The translations under genes were made by a program, and so were the position numbers. Positions 1-11,000 of a stretch of DNA of 64,000 bases are shown piece after piece. A model generated the notes under the pieces. The model was not told where the DNA came from. It did not search any database and saw only the letters and a list, made by a program, of their open reading frames with translations. Every line of letters begins with the position of its first letter. Position 1 is the stretch's first letter. The stretch is from Treponema sp. GTDB taxonomy: Bacteria > Spirochaetota > Spirochaetia > Treponematales > Treponemataceae. The stretch lies in the NCBI RefSeq assembly GCF_016293645.1, contig NZ_JAEDDW010000002.1; one strand, written 5' to 3'.

Positions 1-653
1 ACATCATTTCTGCGGAAGATCTGAAAAAACGACATTTCCTTTCTGGGGCCGGTTTTGTAAAGTGGGTCATCGACGGAATCGTTGAACCTTACAGAGGCTA
101 CGGAACTGAAATAGATTTCCTTACACAGCCTACCCTGGAATTTAATTCTGTCGGCAAGAACGGAGTCATCTCGCAGCAGTGGAATCTTACCTTCTCCCTT
201 GACTGGTGCAGAAATCTTGCAACCCAGGCTTATGCCATAAGATCAAGCAGGGAAGGTGACTACAGGTCAGCCGGCCTTGATGTCAACTACGATTATTTTG
301 CAGAAGAAATTGTCAACGGTCAGCTTGTCAATTCCGCAGGTTATATAAGGAATACAGGTTACAATGTTTCCAGGATCAAATCTCTGCTCTATGTCCTTGC
401 CGTCACTGAACCTGACTGGTTCTATCTTGGTGCAATGAGACAGGGATCATCGATCAGGCCAGATGAACTTGTTTTCAATAACTGTGTCTTGTTCTTCCCT
501 TATTTCGATAAAAATGGAAAATTCGGATGTTTCATTTTTGAACAGGGGGAGGAAATTACGCTGGACAAGTTCATTGAAAAATATAATGGCTCTTATGTAC
601 ATCTTGAAAGAGTGAAGTCAACAGAGGCATTCTTCCCATATGAAAAGAAATGA
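1..653 (+). CDS. 5'-truncated hypothetical protein (runs in from the window edge)
   Basis: Frame 3 is open from position 3 (IISAEDLKKRHFLSGAGFVKWVIDG...) to the stop at 651-653. The ORF track shows only the last 72 aa. Overlaps the start of the next gene. Confidence 0.75.
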   Translation, partial: IISAEDLKKRHFLSGAGFVKWVIDGIVEPYRGYGTEIDFLTQPTLEFNSVGKNGVISQQWNLTFSLDWCRNLATQAYAIRSSREGDYRSAGLDVNYDYFAEEIVNGQLVNSAGYIRNTGYNVSRIKSLLYVLAVTEPDWFYLGAMRQGSSIRPDELVFNNCVLFFPYFDKNGKFGCFIFEQGEEITLDKFIEKYNGSYVHLERVKSTEAFFPYEKK

Positions 654-3561
654 AACTAAGAAGAAAGCAGTCGCTTTTTTTTCTGTACTGATATCATCCT
701 GTCTGCTTTTTGCGCTTCCTGCTGTTTCTGACGCAAGTGATTCTCGCCTTTATTCCGAGATCGTTTCTGCGTATTCCGGAGCGGCCTATCCGTCTGTTGT
801 TGAATATGCAGATGAACTTGAAAAAAACTATCCTGAATCCATGTATCTGGACAAGTCCCTTATCTACAAGGGTGAAAGTCTTTTTCTTCTTGGTCGTCAT
901 AAGGATGCGGAAAATGTTCTTCTGGAAGCTTCCTCGAAGGATGATCCTGACATCAAGGTTCAGTCTTTGTATTGGCTTGGTAGATCCAGACTTGCCATGT
1001 CAAAAAACAATGAGGCGCTGGATTCTTTTTTCAAGTGCTGTCAGATTTCAAAATTCAACCGCATTTCTAAAAAATCTGAGAATTACTACAATCTGTCCCT
1101 TTATTATGCCGGCGAAACTTATTTTGCCCAGGAAGACTATAAAAATGCGATTCCTGTTTTTGAATCCATAGTTTCAAGAGGTGACGACTATCAGGTTTCC
1201 CTTTATTGTGATTCCTTCATCATGCTTTTTGAATGCTATTTGAATGTAGAAAAATATTCTAACCTTGTGGCTCTTTACAGAAAGACTCCGGAATCAGAAA
1301 ATCCTCAGCTTCTTGAAATGTACTACAGGCTGACGTTGCTTGCAGCCAAAGCATATGAAAATCTTGGACAGTATGAAAATTCCTGGAACTGCTGCATCAA
1401 GGCTTTTGATTCTTCAGATGCCGGAATTTCTTCCGAGGCTCTTAGAATTGCCTATAGAATTTCCGAGCCTTACGAAAAGGAAACAAAAAAAAGTACGTCA
1501 TCCGTTTTTGAAAGCAATGCGGACAGGCTGAACTCAAATCCTGCTCTCATGGCTGAGTTCTGGACCCGTCTTGCTACTGATGAATTCGAAAAAGGAAATT
1601 TCGAAAAAGCCGGAAATTATTTTTCAAAGGCTGAAGAATTTGATGATGAAAAAAAATATTCTTCCCTCATAGCCCTCTACAGGGGACGTATGGAAGGCAA
1701 TACTCTTGAACTTGTCAATACACTTGATGAAAGCAATGAGTTCTATACTGACTACGAAACCGCCTTTGCCGAACAGTATGCTGCGATCGAAGCCTGGGAT
1801 CTATGTTACATCCATGCAAAGAAATCCTATGAAAGTATCGATATCCTCAGGCATTCCAGGGAGCTTTCCCTCAAGGCATCCTATTATTATGCTCTTGCAT
1901 TGTTTGCCCTGGGCAAGACTGGTGAATCAGTAAGCATAATCGAGAACGGAAAGACAGTCTGCCGGAATGAAGATTCATTTTATGTTCCTTTCCAGAAATT
2001 ACTTGCAAGATGCTATTCCGCAATCGGAAAGGAAGGCGAGGCTCTTGCAATCTATTCTGCCTTGGACAGCCGAAACAACCTCAATGGTCCGGAAAAGGCA
2101 GACTATGCGAATCTGCTTTTTTCATGCGGCTATCTTTCTTCCGCAAGAAAAGTCGGTATGGCATCGTTGACACCTGAAGGTGACTACATTGCCGCTTTGT
2201 CCAATTTCAATCTCAAGAACTGGAATGATGCTGAGAAGCTTTTCTCCAGATATCTTTCATCAAAACCAAAGAGAAATGCGGATTTTGCGCTCTTCTATCT
2301 TGGGTATTGCCAGTACAGACTGGGAAAAAAATCCGCTTATGAAAATCTGGTTTCTTTCCTGGAAAAATATCCGTCGCACCGGTTGTGCTACAACGCATGT
2401 ATCGTAAGCGCCAATGCCGCCCTTTCTGATGGTGAATTTGAAATAGCCACGGCACAGGCCCAGAAAGCAGTTTCGTATTCCGGTAATCAGAGTGAAAAAG
2501 AAAATGCGGTGCTTCTTGTTGCATCAATTTATGCTGACAATGGGAAGCTGGATTCCGCTCTTGAGACCCTTTCTCCTTTTGTAAAGGAAAAGTCTGAATT
2601 CGGAGTTCGGGCTAGATATCAGTCTGCCTTGCTTTATGCGGGAGCCGGCAGACCATCTGAGGCTGACAGACTCTTCTCGGAGATCATCTCAAAATTCCCT
2701 GATTCTGAATATGCGGAAGAAAGTTGCTACAACAGGGGTGAAATATTCTATTCTGCAGAAAAATATTCAGTTGCCCTTTCAAGATTTTCTGAATATCTTC
2801 AGAAATTTCCTAAGGGAAAATTCAGCGAGAGCGCGCTTTACTATTGTGGAAACTGCCATAGAAAAATGGACAATCCACAGAAGGCAGCCCTTCAGTTTGA
2901 AATACTGCTTCTTGATTATCCTGAATCAACCTATGCCTATTCAAGCTGCAGGAATCTTGTCTCGTCGTACACAGATTTGAAGAACTATGTCAAAGCTGCG
3001 GATTACGCAAAAAAAATGCTGTCCCTTGCACAGACAGAAGATCAGCGTGCGGATGCAAAAAAAGAAATCTCACGTCTGACTAAATTCATTTCTGGCGGAG
3101 ACTCAAGGCTTGTTGTACTTACTGAAAGATATGAAAGTGAAGGTGGTTCAGCGACAAGAGACGGAAGAATTGCCGGTACTGAGCTTGCGGAGTATCTTTG
3201 GAGTGATGAATCTAAAAAAGATGAGGCAATCGAACTTGCCGAGAAACTTTTTTCAATCCAGTCCAAAGATAAAAACCTGGATCTTGAATGTGCCTATGCT
3301 GCGAGATGTGCTGTAATACTTGCCCAGTCGGAAAGACTTGCCAACGAAAACAATGCATCTGCTTCCATCTATTTGACGGCTGCAAGATATGCAAGAAAAG
3401 CAGGTCTTGCTGAGGTTGCTGCCCGTGCCCTTTATGGTGCTGCCGAAGCTTTTGACGCAGCAGGTAAAAAAGGCGATGCCAAGGTAACTGTTGAAAATTT
3501 GATTGAGCTGTATCCGGAAAGTTCCTATGCAAGAAACTCCGTAAAACTTTTGGAAAGGTAA
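640..3561 (+). CDS. Large exported tetratricopeptide-repeat (TPR) protein, CpoB/BamD-like repeats
   Basis: 973 aa; N-terminal signal peptide; many TPR-type helices ending in YP.S (ALFYLGYCQY, KFPDSEYAEE, YPESSYA). Confidence 0.85.
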   Translation: MKRNETKKKAVAFFSVLISSCLLFALPAVSDASDSRLYSEIVSAYSGAAYPSVVEYADELEKNYPESMYLDKSLIYKGESLFLLGRHKDAENVLLEASSKDDPDIKVQSLYWLGRSRLAMSKNNEALDSFFKCCQISKFNRISKKSENYYNLSLYYAGETYFAQEDYKNAIPVFESIVSRGDDYQVSLYCDSFIMLFECYLNVEKYSNLVALYRKTPESENPQLLEMYYRLTLLAAKAYENLGQYENSWNCCIKAFDSSDAGISSEALRIAYRISEPYEKETKKSTSSVFESNADRLNSNPALMAEFWTRLATDEFEKGNFEKAGNYFSKAEEFDDEKKYSSLIALYRGRMEGNTLELVNTLDESNEFYTDYETAFAEQYAAIEAWDLCYIHAKKSYESIDILRHSRELSLKASYYYALALFALGKTGESVSIIENGKTVCRNEDSFYVPFQKLLARCYSAIGKEGEALAIYSALDSRNNLNGPEKADYANLLFSCGYLSSARKVGMASLTPEGDYIAALSNFNLKNWNDAEKLFSRYLSSKPKRNADFALFYLGYCQYRLGKKSAYENLVSFLEKYPSHRLCYNACIVSANAALSDGEFEIATAQAQKAVSYSGNQSEKENAVLLVASIYADNGKLDSALETLSPFVKEKSEFGVRARYQSALLYAGAGRPSEADRLFSEIISKFPDSEYAEESCYNRGEIFYSAEKYSVALSRFSEYLQKFPKGKFSESALYYCGNCHRKMDNPQKAALQFEILLLDYPESTYAYSSCRNLVSSYTDLKNYVKAADYAKKMLSLAQTEDQRADAKKEISRLTKFISGGDSRLVVLTERYESEGGSATRDGRIAGTELAEYLWSDESKKDEAIELAEKLFSIQSKDKNLDLECAYAARCAVILAQSERLANENNASASIYLTAARYARKAGLAEVAARALYGAAEAFDAAGKKGDAKVTVENLIELYPESSYARNSVKLLER

Positions 3562-3564
3562 AAT

Positions 3565-5211
3565 ATGAAAAGAAATCTGATTTTGGTTATTGCGTGGCTT
3601 GGTTTTGTTGCCTATGCCCAGAATTCTGAAGAAGAACAGATTCAGCTTCCGGAACTGACAACTACTGTTTCCGGTGATACTGTTGTTGCAGGTAAAGATG
3701 CTGTTCCTGACTTCTCCAAGGTCGTTCCTTCCGCAGGTGAGGAAAAGAACATAATGCCAAGGCTTCCCGGAGAAAGAATTTCTGGGGAAGACGGTGATGG
3801 TGAACCTGAAGCTTCATTCCTTGCCGGTGAGCATAAAAATGTTTATGCACAGGGACTTGTCGGTGGAGGCTTCCCAGGTGATTTCATAGGAGATTTCTCC
3901 GTTTACAAGGCATCTGAGACAGATCCTTTCAGAATTGAATTCTCCCATTTCAGCAGAAACGGTTATGGTAAAAATCCTGCCGGAAAGGGATATTTTGACA
4001 ATGGAACCAAACTCTATGCAGAAAAAACATTCCAGGCCATTTCATCTGATTTTACAGTAAGCGGAAAATATGACAGGTCAGGAACAGGTCTTCAGGAAAG
4101 AAGCAGCTGCTTCTATGACATGAATTCACAGAAAGTTTGCGGCAATCTGATTTTTGATCATGTGTTTTCTGACACCGGGTTTGAGTTCTACTCGGAATCA
4201 GAATGTTACTGGTTCAACAGATATACGGGAATCAATAATGAAGGTAAATACCTCAAGCAGGAACAGGACATCGATGTAATCCATATGGATCCTGGTTTTG
4301 TTTTCTCGTGGTACAATCAGGGGTTTTCTGCTGCCTTTGAATGCAATTTCCAGATTGAATCAATTCTTGGCTCTCTGGAAATGGTTGATACAAAAAGGAT
4401 TTTCCGTGTTGACGGCGCACTGGTTACTGGTTTTGAAAATGATATTGTCACTGCTTTTGCACAGGGTGGAATCGCAGGTGGAAATAAAATCGGAGACGGC
4501 AGATCCATAGTTCCGTCTTTCAGTACTGGTGCGGAAGTACGCGTTAAATTCGGAGAGGCTGAAAGAAACTTTGTCATTGGTCTCAATGGCGGACTTCGTT
4601 CAAAACACGAGGAACTTTCAGTGCTGGAAAGAACCTACAAGTTTGCCCAGCTCACAACCCTTACTGATGAAACTTCAGATTGGTTTGTGAATTCAAAAAT
4701 TGTCATCCCGATGTTTGAAACTGTTTCCCTCAATGGAAATGTTGAGTTCAAGAAAACTGCCTTTGACAATGGCGTGTGGGAAGCTGCCTATTCTTCACGA
4801 AAGGAATGCGGTCTTTATGGAATCGCACCGGTTGACAGAACATTGCTTACGACAGATGCAGGACTTTCCTTCAAGATGGGTGTTTTCACCATGCGTGGCG
4901 GATGGCGTGCCCATTGGAAACATGTTCCTTCAAATGAATATGAGCATACTGTTGAAACATCCATCTCATATGACAGCGAGAATGAGAAGTGGGGATTTTC
5001 TGCAGGCGCTGTTGAATCGATTGATGATTCAAGCGACAAATGTCCAAACATCAAGGGAAGCATCTATTGCAACGTAAAAAACGTAATGAAGCTTTCTCTT
5101 GAAATCGATGATGCCGTTAAGCTTATTTCGCGCAAAGAAAGAAAATATGTTGATTCGGAATATCTTGTGAGAGCGGGAAGTGTAACCTTCCTTGCTAAAT
5201 TTTTCTTTTAA
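3565..5211 (+). CDS. Putative outer-membrane beta-barrel protein (TonB-dependent-receptor-like)
   Basis: 548 aa; signal peptide; alternating aromatic/Gly beta-strand pattern; C-terminal Phe (VTFLAKFFF); sits upstream of exbBD-tonB-like genes. Confidence 0.65.
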   Translation: MKRNLILVIAWLGFVAYAQNSEEEQIQLPELTTTVSGDTVVAGKDAVPDFSKVVPSAGEEKNIMPRLPGERISGEDGDGEPEASFLAGEHKNVYAQGLVGGGFPGDFIGDFSVYKASETDPFRIEFSHFSRNGYGKNPAGKGYFDNGTKLYAEKTFQAISSDFTVSGKYDRSGTGLQERSSCFYDMNSQKVCGNLIFDHVFSDTGFEFYSESECYWFNRYTGINNEGKYLKQEQDIDVIHMDPGFVFSWYNQGFSAAFECNFQIESILGSLEMVDTKRIFRVDGALVTGFENDIVTAFAQGGIAGGNKIGDGRSIVPSFSTGAEVRVKFGEAERNFVIGLNGGLRSKHEELSVLERTYKFAQLTTLTDETSDWFVNSKIVIPMFETVSLNGNVEFKKTAFDNGVWEAAYSSRKECGLYGIAPVDRTLLTTDAGLSFKMGVFTMRGGWRAHWKHVPSNEYEHTVETSISYDSENEKWGFSAGAVESIDDSSDKCPNIKGSIYCNVKNVMKLSLEIDDAVKLISRKERKYVDSEYLVRAGSVTFLAKFFF

Positions 5212-5226
5212 TAACAGAGGTTATTT

Positions 5227-5838
5227 ATGTTTCAAATTTTAAAGAACGGCGGAATCCTTATGGTTCCGATCATTGCTTGTGGGTTTATTGTTGTTTTCAT
5301 CGTCATTGAGCGTCTCCACTATTTCTTCACAGTAAAAAAACGTGAGGAGACATTCTCTGATGATATTGATGCCGCAATCACAAAAGGTGATTATACGGTT
5401 GCTGAAAATCTCTGCAACAATGCCGCAACTCCATGTGCCTTTGTCGTTAAGGATGCCATCAACTGCCGTGGTCTTGATGAGCAGGATCTTAAGGAATATG
5501 TTCAGACAAAAATGGATCTTGCCGTTCCAAAATTCGAACATCTGCTTTCAGCCTTGGGAACAATTTCCAATGTTGCGACCCTTCTCGGTCTTCTCGGTAC
5601 AGTTACCGGAAACATCAAGGCATTCGGTGTTCTTGGTAACGGCGGAACTATGGGAGATCCAGCTTTGCTTGCCTCATCAATCGGAGAGGCTCTCGTAACT
5701 ACAGTTGCAGGCCTTATCGTTGCTATTCCTGCAATTATTTTCCACAGCTACTTCAATTCTCTGGTAAACCACAGCATCAAAAGCATGGAACTTACGGTGA
5801 CAAGAGTCATGTTCAGACTTACAGGAAAGAATCTGTAG
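5227..5838 (+). CDS. exbB: MotA/TolQ/ExbB proton-channel family protein
   Basis: TLLGLLGTVTG and IGEALVTTVAGLIVAIPA motifs; three TM segments. Confidence 0.9.
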   Translation: MFQILKNGGILMVPIIACGFIVVFIVIERLHYFFTVKKREETFSDDIDAAITKGDYTVAENLCNNAATPCAFVVKDAINCRGLDEQDLKEYVQTKMDLAVPKFEHLLSALGTISNVATLLGLLGTVTGNIKAFGVLGNGGTMGDPALLASSIGEALVTTVAGLIVAIPAIIFHSYFNSLVNHSIKSMELTVTRVMFRLTGKNL

Positions 5839-5853
5839 GATCGGGAGAACGCT

Positions 5854-6270
5854 ATGAAAGTATCTTCGAGAAACGGAAGAAAATCCGTCGGTGGTGTTGA
5901 CCTTTCACCGATGCTTGATGTCATATTTCAGCTTATTCTCTTTTTCCTTGTTTCGACAACTTTTTCCGTGCTTCCGGCCATTGATGTCAAACTGCCTGAA
6001 AGTTCCACGTCAAAAGGAGTCGAGACCAGCAGCATAACAATTACTGCCCAGGAAGACGGAACTTTGTGGTTCAATGAAGAAAAGGTTTCAATGGATCAGC
6101 TTCAGAAAAAACTCAAAAGCTTTGATACAGGTGATGTACCAAGAACTGAATTCCCGGTTTCATTATCTGCTGACAGCAAGGTGACAAATGGAAAAATCGT
6201 TGCTCTTTTTGACGTCATCAGATTCAGCGGGTTCAGCAGTGTAAGCCTCCGCACTACAGGTAAAAAATGA
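5854..6270 (+). CDS. exbD: ExbD/TolR family protein
   Basis: DLSPMLDVIFQLILFFLV TM with the conserved Asp; V.LP and ADS.V motifs. Confidence 0.9.
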   Translation: MKVSSRNGRKSVGGVDLSPMLDVIFQLILFFLVSTTFSVLPAIDVKLPESSTSKGVETSSITITAQEDGTLWFNEEKVSMDQLQKKLKSFDTGDVPRTEFPVSLSADSKVTNGKIVALFDVIRFSGFSSVSLRTTGKK

Positions 6271-7313
6271 CAGATATTGAAGAACGCGGAAGAAAATTTT
6301 CCCTTGCCTTGACATCTGCAATTTTTCTCATTTTTTTCATCCTTTGTCTTGTGATAAGGATAAAACCAAAGGAGACTTATAAAGCAATAACCATACAGCT
6401 TGATAGTACTCCTGTGATCAAAGACAAACCAAAGACGACAACAAAGAAATCTGAAGTTGCAAAAAAAAGCGAATCTGCCAAAACTGAAAATAAATCTGAA
6501 AAAAAGGTGGAGAAAAAAAGCGAGAAGAAACAGGAAGAGAAAAAGACAACTCAGACAAATAAAAGCAGCACGAAGCCATCTGAAAAGAAAGCCGATCCTA
6601 AAGCAAAAAATGATTCAAAGGCAGTTCAGAAGAAGGCTGATGAACCGGTGATAAAAAAGAGCGTTGAGGAACTTATGGCGGAACAGAATTCAGCCAGAAA
6701 GAAAAAGGTTGAATTTGATGAAAGTCTTTTTGCTGATGATGCTGAACCGGTGCAGACCGTGGCTTCAACCACTGCAAAAAAAGCCGTTGTCGCAAAAAGT
6801 TCCCTCAGTGGAAGTTCTGCCAGCGCAGCTTCCCAGTCGTCTTCCAGTTCTTCGGCAAGTTCATCGTCATCTGCAGATCAGGCGGAGCTTTCTGCTTCCG
6901 ACAGCACGAAAAATGCCTTGAGCGGCATCAGGAATACAACTTATTCTTCCTCTGTTGCTGACGGAATAAAAAGCCGTGCCTCCATCTCATCGGCCAAAAG
7001 TGCCACAGGGGCAGTGTCCATACAGATGTCGGACGGATCTTCGAGACAGCTTCTGCATCCAAAGAACCCCTCGATATTCATTTCAGAGGAAAATGCAGGA
7101 CTTGTTGACAGTACTCGCAATGTTGAGATCCGTTTTGTTGTCCAGCCAGACGGTTCCGTTCCTTTTGGTGAAATTGCTATCAGACCTGCATCTCTTTTGC
7201 CTGATCCAATCCAGCGTGAGATAAAAAAACAGATCAGCGAATGGAAGTTTTCCGAGGATCCATCGGGCCGCAAAGGAATCGCCGCTTTTGACTATACGCT
7301 TGAGATTAGATGA
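6267..7313 (+). CDS. TonB/TolA-like energy transducer
   Basis: Single N-terminal TM; long Lys/Glu- and Ser-rich linker; TonB C-domain-like end (VEIRFVVQPDGSV...WKF); ATGA overlap with exbD. Confidence 0.7.
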   Translation: MTDIEERGRKFSLALTSAIFLIFFILCLVIRIKPKETYKAITIQLDSTPVIKDKPKTTTKKSEVAKKSESAKTENKSEKKVEKKSEKKQEEKKTTQTNKSSTKPSEKKADPKAKNDSKAVQKKADEPVIKKSVEELMAEQNSARKKKVEFDESLFADDAEPVQTVASTTAKKAVVAKSSLSGSSASAASQSSSSSSASSSSSADQAELSASDSTKNALSGIRNTTYSSSVADGIKSRASISSAKSATGAVSIQMSDGSSRQLLHPKNPSIFISEENAGLVDSTRNVEIRFVVQPDGSVPFGEIAIRPASLLPDPIQREIKKQISEWKFSEDPSGRKGIAAFDYTLEIR

Positions 7314-7328
7314 AATTTCTTCTATAAT
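7300..7328 (+). promoter_or_regulatory. sigma70-type promoter of HAD gene (apparently leaderless)
   Basis: TTGAGA 7300-7305, 17-bp spacer, TATAAT 7323-7328, ATG 6 nt downstream. Confidence 0.65.
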
Positions 7329-7334
7329 AGAAGA

Positions 7335-8006
7335 ATGTACAAGGATATTCAGGCTGTGGCATTCGACATCGATGGAACTCTCTATCCGTCATGGAAACTT
7401 TTCATAAGGATGCCGCTATACATCTTGAAGAATTTCAGGGTGTATCTTAATTTCAACAAGGCGCGCGATAAAATGCATAGGACGGCACCTCTTGCTGATT
7501 TTTATGAATATCAGGCACGTATTTTTGCCGAACTTTCATCTATAGAAAGTCCTGTGGCAAAAAAGCTCATCAATGACGTGTGCTACGACGGCATCAATCA
7601 TTTTTTCAAGAAAATCAAACCATTTCCTCATGCCTATGACTGCATAAAGGCAATGAAAGATTCCGGTCTTAAGATTGGAATTCTTTCGGATTTTCCTCCA
7701 GATCAGAAAGGGGATATCTGGGGTATAAGGGAACTTTGCGATGTATGCATCGGTTCCGAAGAATCAGGGGCCCTTAAGCCTTCTATTTATCCATTTGGAA
7801 TTCTCTCGCAGAAACTTGGAGTTCCGGCTGATAAAATCCTGTACGTCGGGAACAGCATAAGGTACGATATCAGAGGTGCCTCAAAGGCAGGCATGAAAAC
7901 CGCATATATCCTTACAGGCTTTAAGAAACTGTTCAACAGAAAGCTTGAGGAAGCTGACATATCATTCAAAAATTATCGCCAGCTGCAGAAAATCGTGCTA
8001 GAATAA
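7335..8006 (+). CDS. HAD-superfamily hydrolase
   Basis: FDIDGTLY motif I; LSD; KP; YVGNS..YDI.GA...GM motif IV. Confidence 0.9.
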   Translation: MYKDIQAVAFDIDGTLYPSWKLFIRMPLYILKNFRVYLNFNKARDKMHRTAPLADFYEYQARIFAELSSIESPVAKKLINDVCYDGINHFFKKIKPFPHAYDCIKAMKDSGLKIGILSDFPPDQKGDIWGIRELCDVCIGSEESGALKPSIYPFGILSQKLGVPADKILYVGNSIRYDIRGASKAGMKTAYILTGFKKLFNRKLEEADISFKNYRQLQKIVLE

Positions 8007-8040
8007 AAAACAAACAAACAAAACTTGGTGGGAATAAAAA

Positions 8041-11000
8041 GTGTTTATTGTTGGAATCATTATTTCGGTAGTATTGTCAGCTGTAATTTCGTTCATCATT
8101 CGTCAGGTTGATAAAAATGAAAATCAGATGGAGAAGGTGAAAAACTATGCGGACAAACGTAAAAAAGAATTTGACGATTATTTTAACGGTCAGATAGATT
8201 CCCAGAATTTTATTGTCAACGAACTCAAGACAAAAGAAATTGAAACTGAGGCCGCCATACGCAAGATGGACCAGCAGATTCAGCTTTGCAAGGAAGTCAC
8301 CGAAAGTTTTGAAAATCCCATTCAGTCAGTTGAAAATATTGAAAATAAAATAAAAGCCTATGATACTGTTCTTAAAAATCTCATGGAGATGACAGCCGCC
8401 GTCGAACAGAATCTTGCCTCGGTAAAAAATGAGACGATCCTCATAGACAAGGTAAATGACAGGCTGAACAAACAGCAGAAAGCTGCTCAGATTCTTGAAG
8501 ACAAGGTTTCTGACATCATGAACAAATTCTCTTCAAAAAATGCGGAACAGCTTAAATCAATCGGTGAAGATCTTCTCAAAGCATTTGAAGACAGAGCTGA
8601 AGAAGTAGAAAAGACAACGGATCTTGCAAAAAGACAGAACGAAGCAATCATGCAGAAGATTGAAGATGACATCCGCAATGCCTATTCTACAGCAATCGAA
8701 AACGCAAAGAAACTTGAGGATGAATCCTTCAGTCAGCTTCAGGAAGAATCAAAACAGCGCATAGACGATTGTCTCAATGAACTTAACATCCAGTCAAAAC
8801 AGATTACTGCGATGATTGATTCCAGAATAGAGGAAACTCAGAAAGCCCTTAATGAAAAGACACAGGAACTTTCTGATGCGTTCAGGGAATACAGTGCCGG
8901 CCTAGAGAACAAGTTCAAGGAAAAAGCAGAGAACATGCAGCAGCTTCTTGATGCCCGCACCAATGTGCTTTCTGAAAGCTGGCAGAAGAAGATTTCATCT
9001 CTTGAGGAAGACCTTAATGAACGTTCCGAGGGGTTTGATTCCCTTCTGGATAATGAGTGTACAAGCCTCAAAAATAATCTTGACTCCAGGATCGGAGAGC
9101 TTGTTTCCATTGTTGACTCAAAGACCGGTGGACTTGAAGAGGCTCTCGGTTCAAAAATCCAGGACCTTACGGAACGTGTTGAGAATGCTACCTCTTCCAT
9201 GGATTCCCTTGTTGATGAGAAGATCAATCTTTTCAATGACAGGATTACCAATGATATTGCCGACATTGAAAACAAGCTCACTTCTGAAACAAGTACCATG
9301 TCAAATGAGATCTACGAAAAGATCAATGATGTCCGCAGTGAACTTGACAACAGCACCTATGAACTGCGTGAACAGTATTCCGGAAGAATCAGCGAATTCA
9401 AGGATAATCTTGAAAACTCAACTTCTGGAATCGAGGACCGCGTTTATGAAAAAATCGGCGATCTGAATTCAAAGATAGATGATGGATTGAGTCGCCTTGA
9501 GAATGAATATACAACCCGTGCCGACGAACTTGAAAGAAATCTTGATCAGCGTCTTACTACCATGGGAGCTGATTTCAACCAGAAGACTGTGGACTTTGAC
9601 AGGATCTTTACTGAACGCTCCGCTGCGTTTGAGGAAAAGACGACAGCTTTTGAGAATGCCGTCAAGGAAAAGACCGACAGGATCAATTATTCCCTTGATA
9701 CAAACGCAAGTGAATTCACGGAAAAGCTTAACAGCAAGATCGAAGAACTTGAAAATGCACTTGCTGAAAAGACGGGCAACCTTGATGTTGTTTTCCACGA
9801 CAGGACAAAGTCCCTTGAGTCTGATTTCAATGCAAAGACGGAAGGGCTTACAAAAGGTCTTGAAGAGAAATATGCGGACATGGTTGGTTCAATTGACAGC
9901 CGCCTGAAGGAAATCACAAAGAACTACGAAGACAGAATGCTTGAGCTGGACCAGAAGTTCAACGATACATCATCTTCTGTAATCCATCTTTTTGAGGACA
10001 AAAACAGGGAACTTGAAGGTGCATATGACTTGAAGTCAAAGTCTCTCAAGGAAGCTTTGGAGACAATCACTGACCAGACTGAATCTGAGATGAAGGAAAA
10101 ATCTCAGAAACTCATTGTTCTCTTCAATGAAAAATCTGCTGCCCTTGATGCAAAACTCAAGCAGAAGATTTCTTCAGTTGATGAGGACATAGACAAGAAT
10201 TTCGATGAACTTGCAGACAAACTCAAGCAGAAGACCACCGCTGCAAATACAAATCTTGACAAATCAATTTCAAAAATTGAGACTGAAATCAAGCAGAGGA
10301 CAACAAGCCTCAATACAAATTTCACCGATAAAGCTGATGCTGTAGACGCATTGATAAGAAAGAAGCTCGAGGAACTCAACAACCGTGCTCTTTCAATTTC
10401 CACCGACATCAAGAACAGGACCGACAGCCTTGAAGATGATGTAAGAAAGAAACTCAATACCCTTACAGAAGACGTCAAGGAACAGACTGCTCAGGCCGTT
10501 GAGAAATACAGGGAAACAACATCTTCCTATACACAGGACATTGAAAGCCGTACTGATGTCCTCAGAAAGGAACTTGCCGAACGTACTGAAAATCTTGAAA
10601 GACAGCTTCGTGAACGCACCGGTGAGATTGAACAGAAACTTGCCGCCCTTGTTGATAATGTTGAAAACCAGACAAGTGGAGCAATGGAGCAGTACAAGAT
10701 TACTACATCGGAATACACCTCGAGAATCGAAGACCAGACCAATAGTCTCAAGAATGAACTTGAAAATAAGAGTCGTGTCCTTGAGGAACTTATTGAAGCC
10801 AATGCCCGTGCTCTTGCTGAAAAGACCAGCGGCCTTGAACAGGAGATCAATGACAGGACGCAGGCAGCAAAGGAAGATGCTGAACGCATAATCGAATCCA
10901 TCAAGGAAAGCCTTGCCTTGAGTGCTGAATCTGCAAGACGTGATGCTGAATCCCAGATCGAAGGTGTGCGCAATACTTTTGCAGACAATGCAGACAGGCT

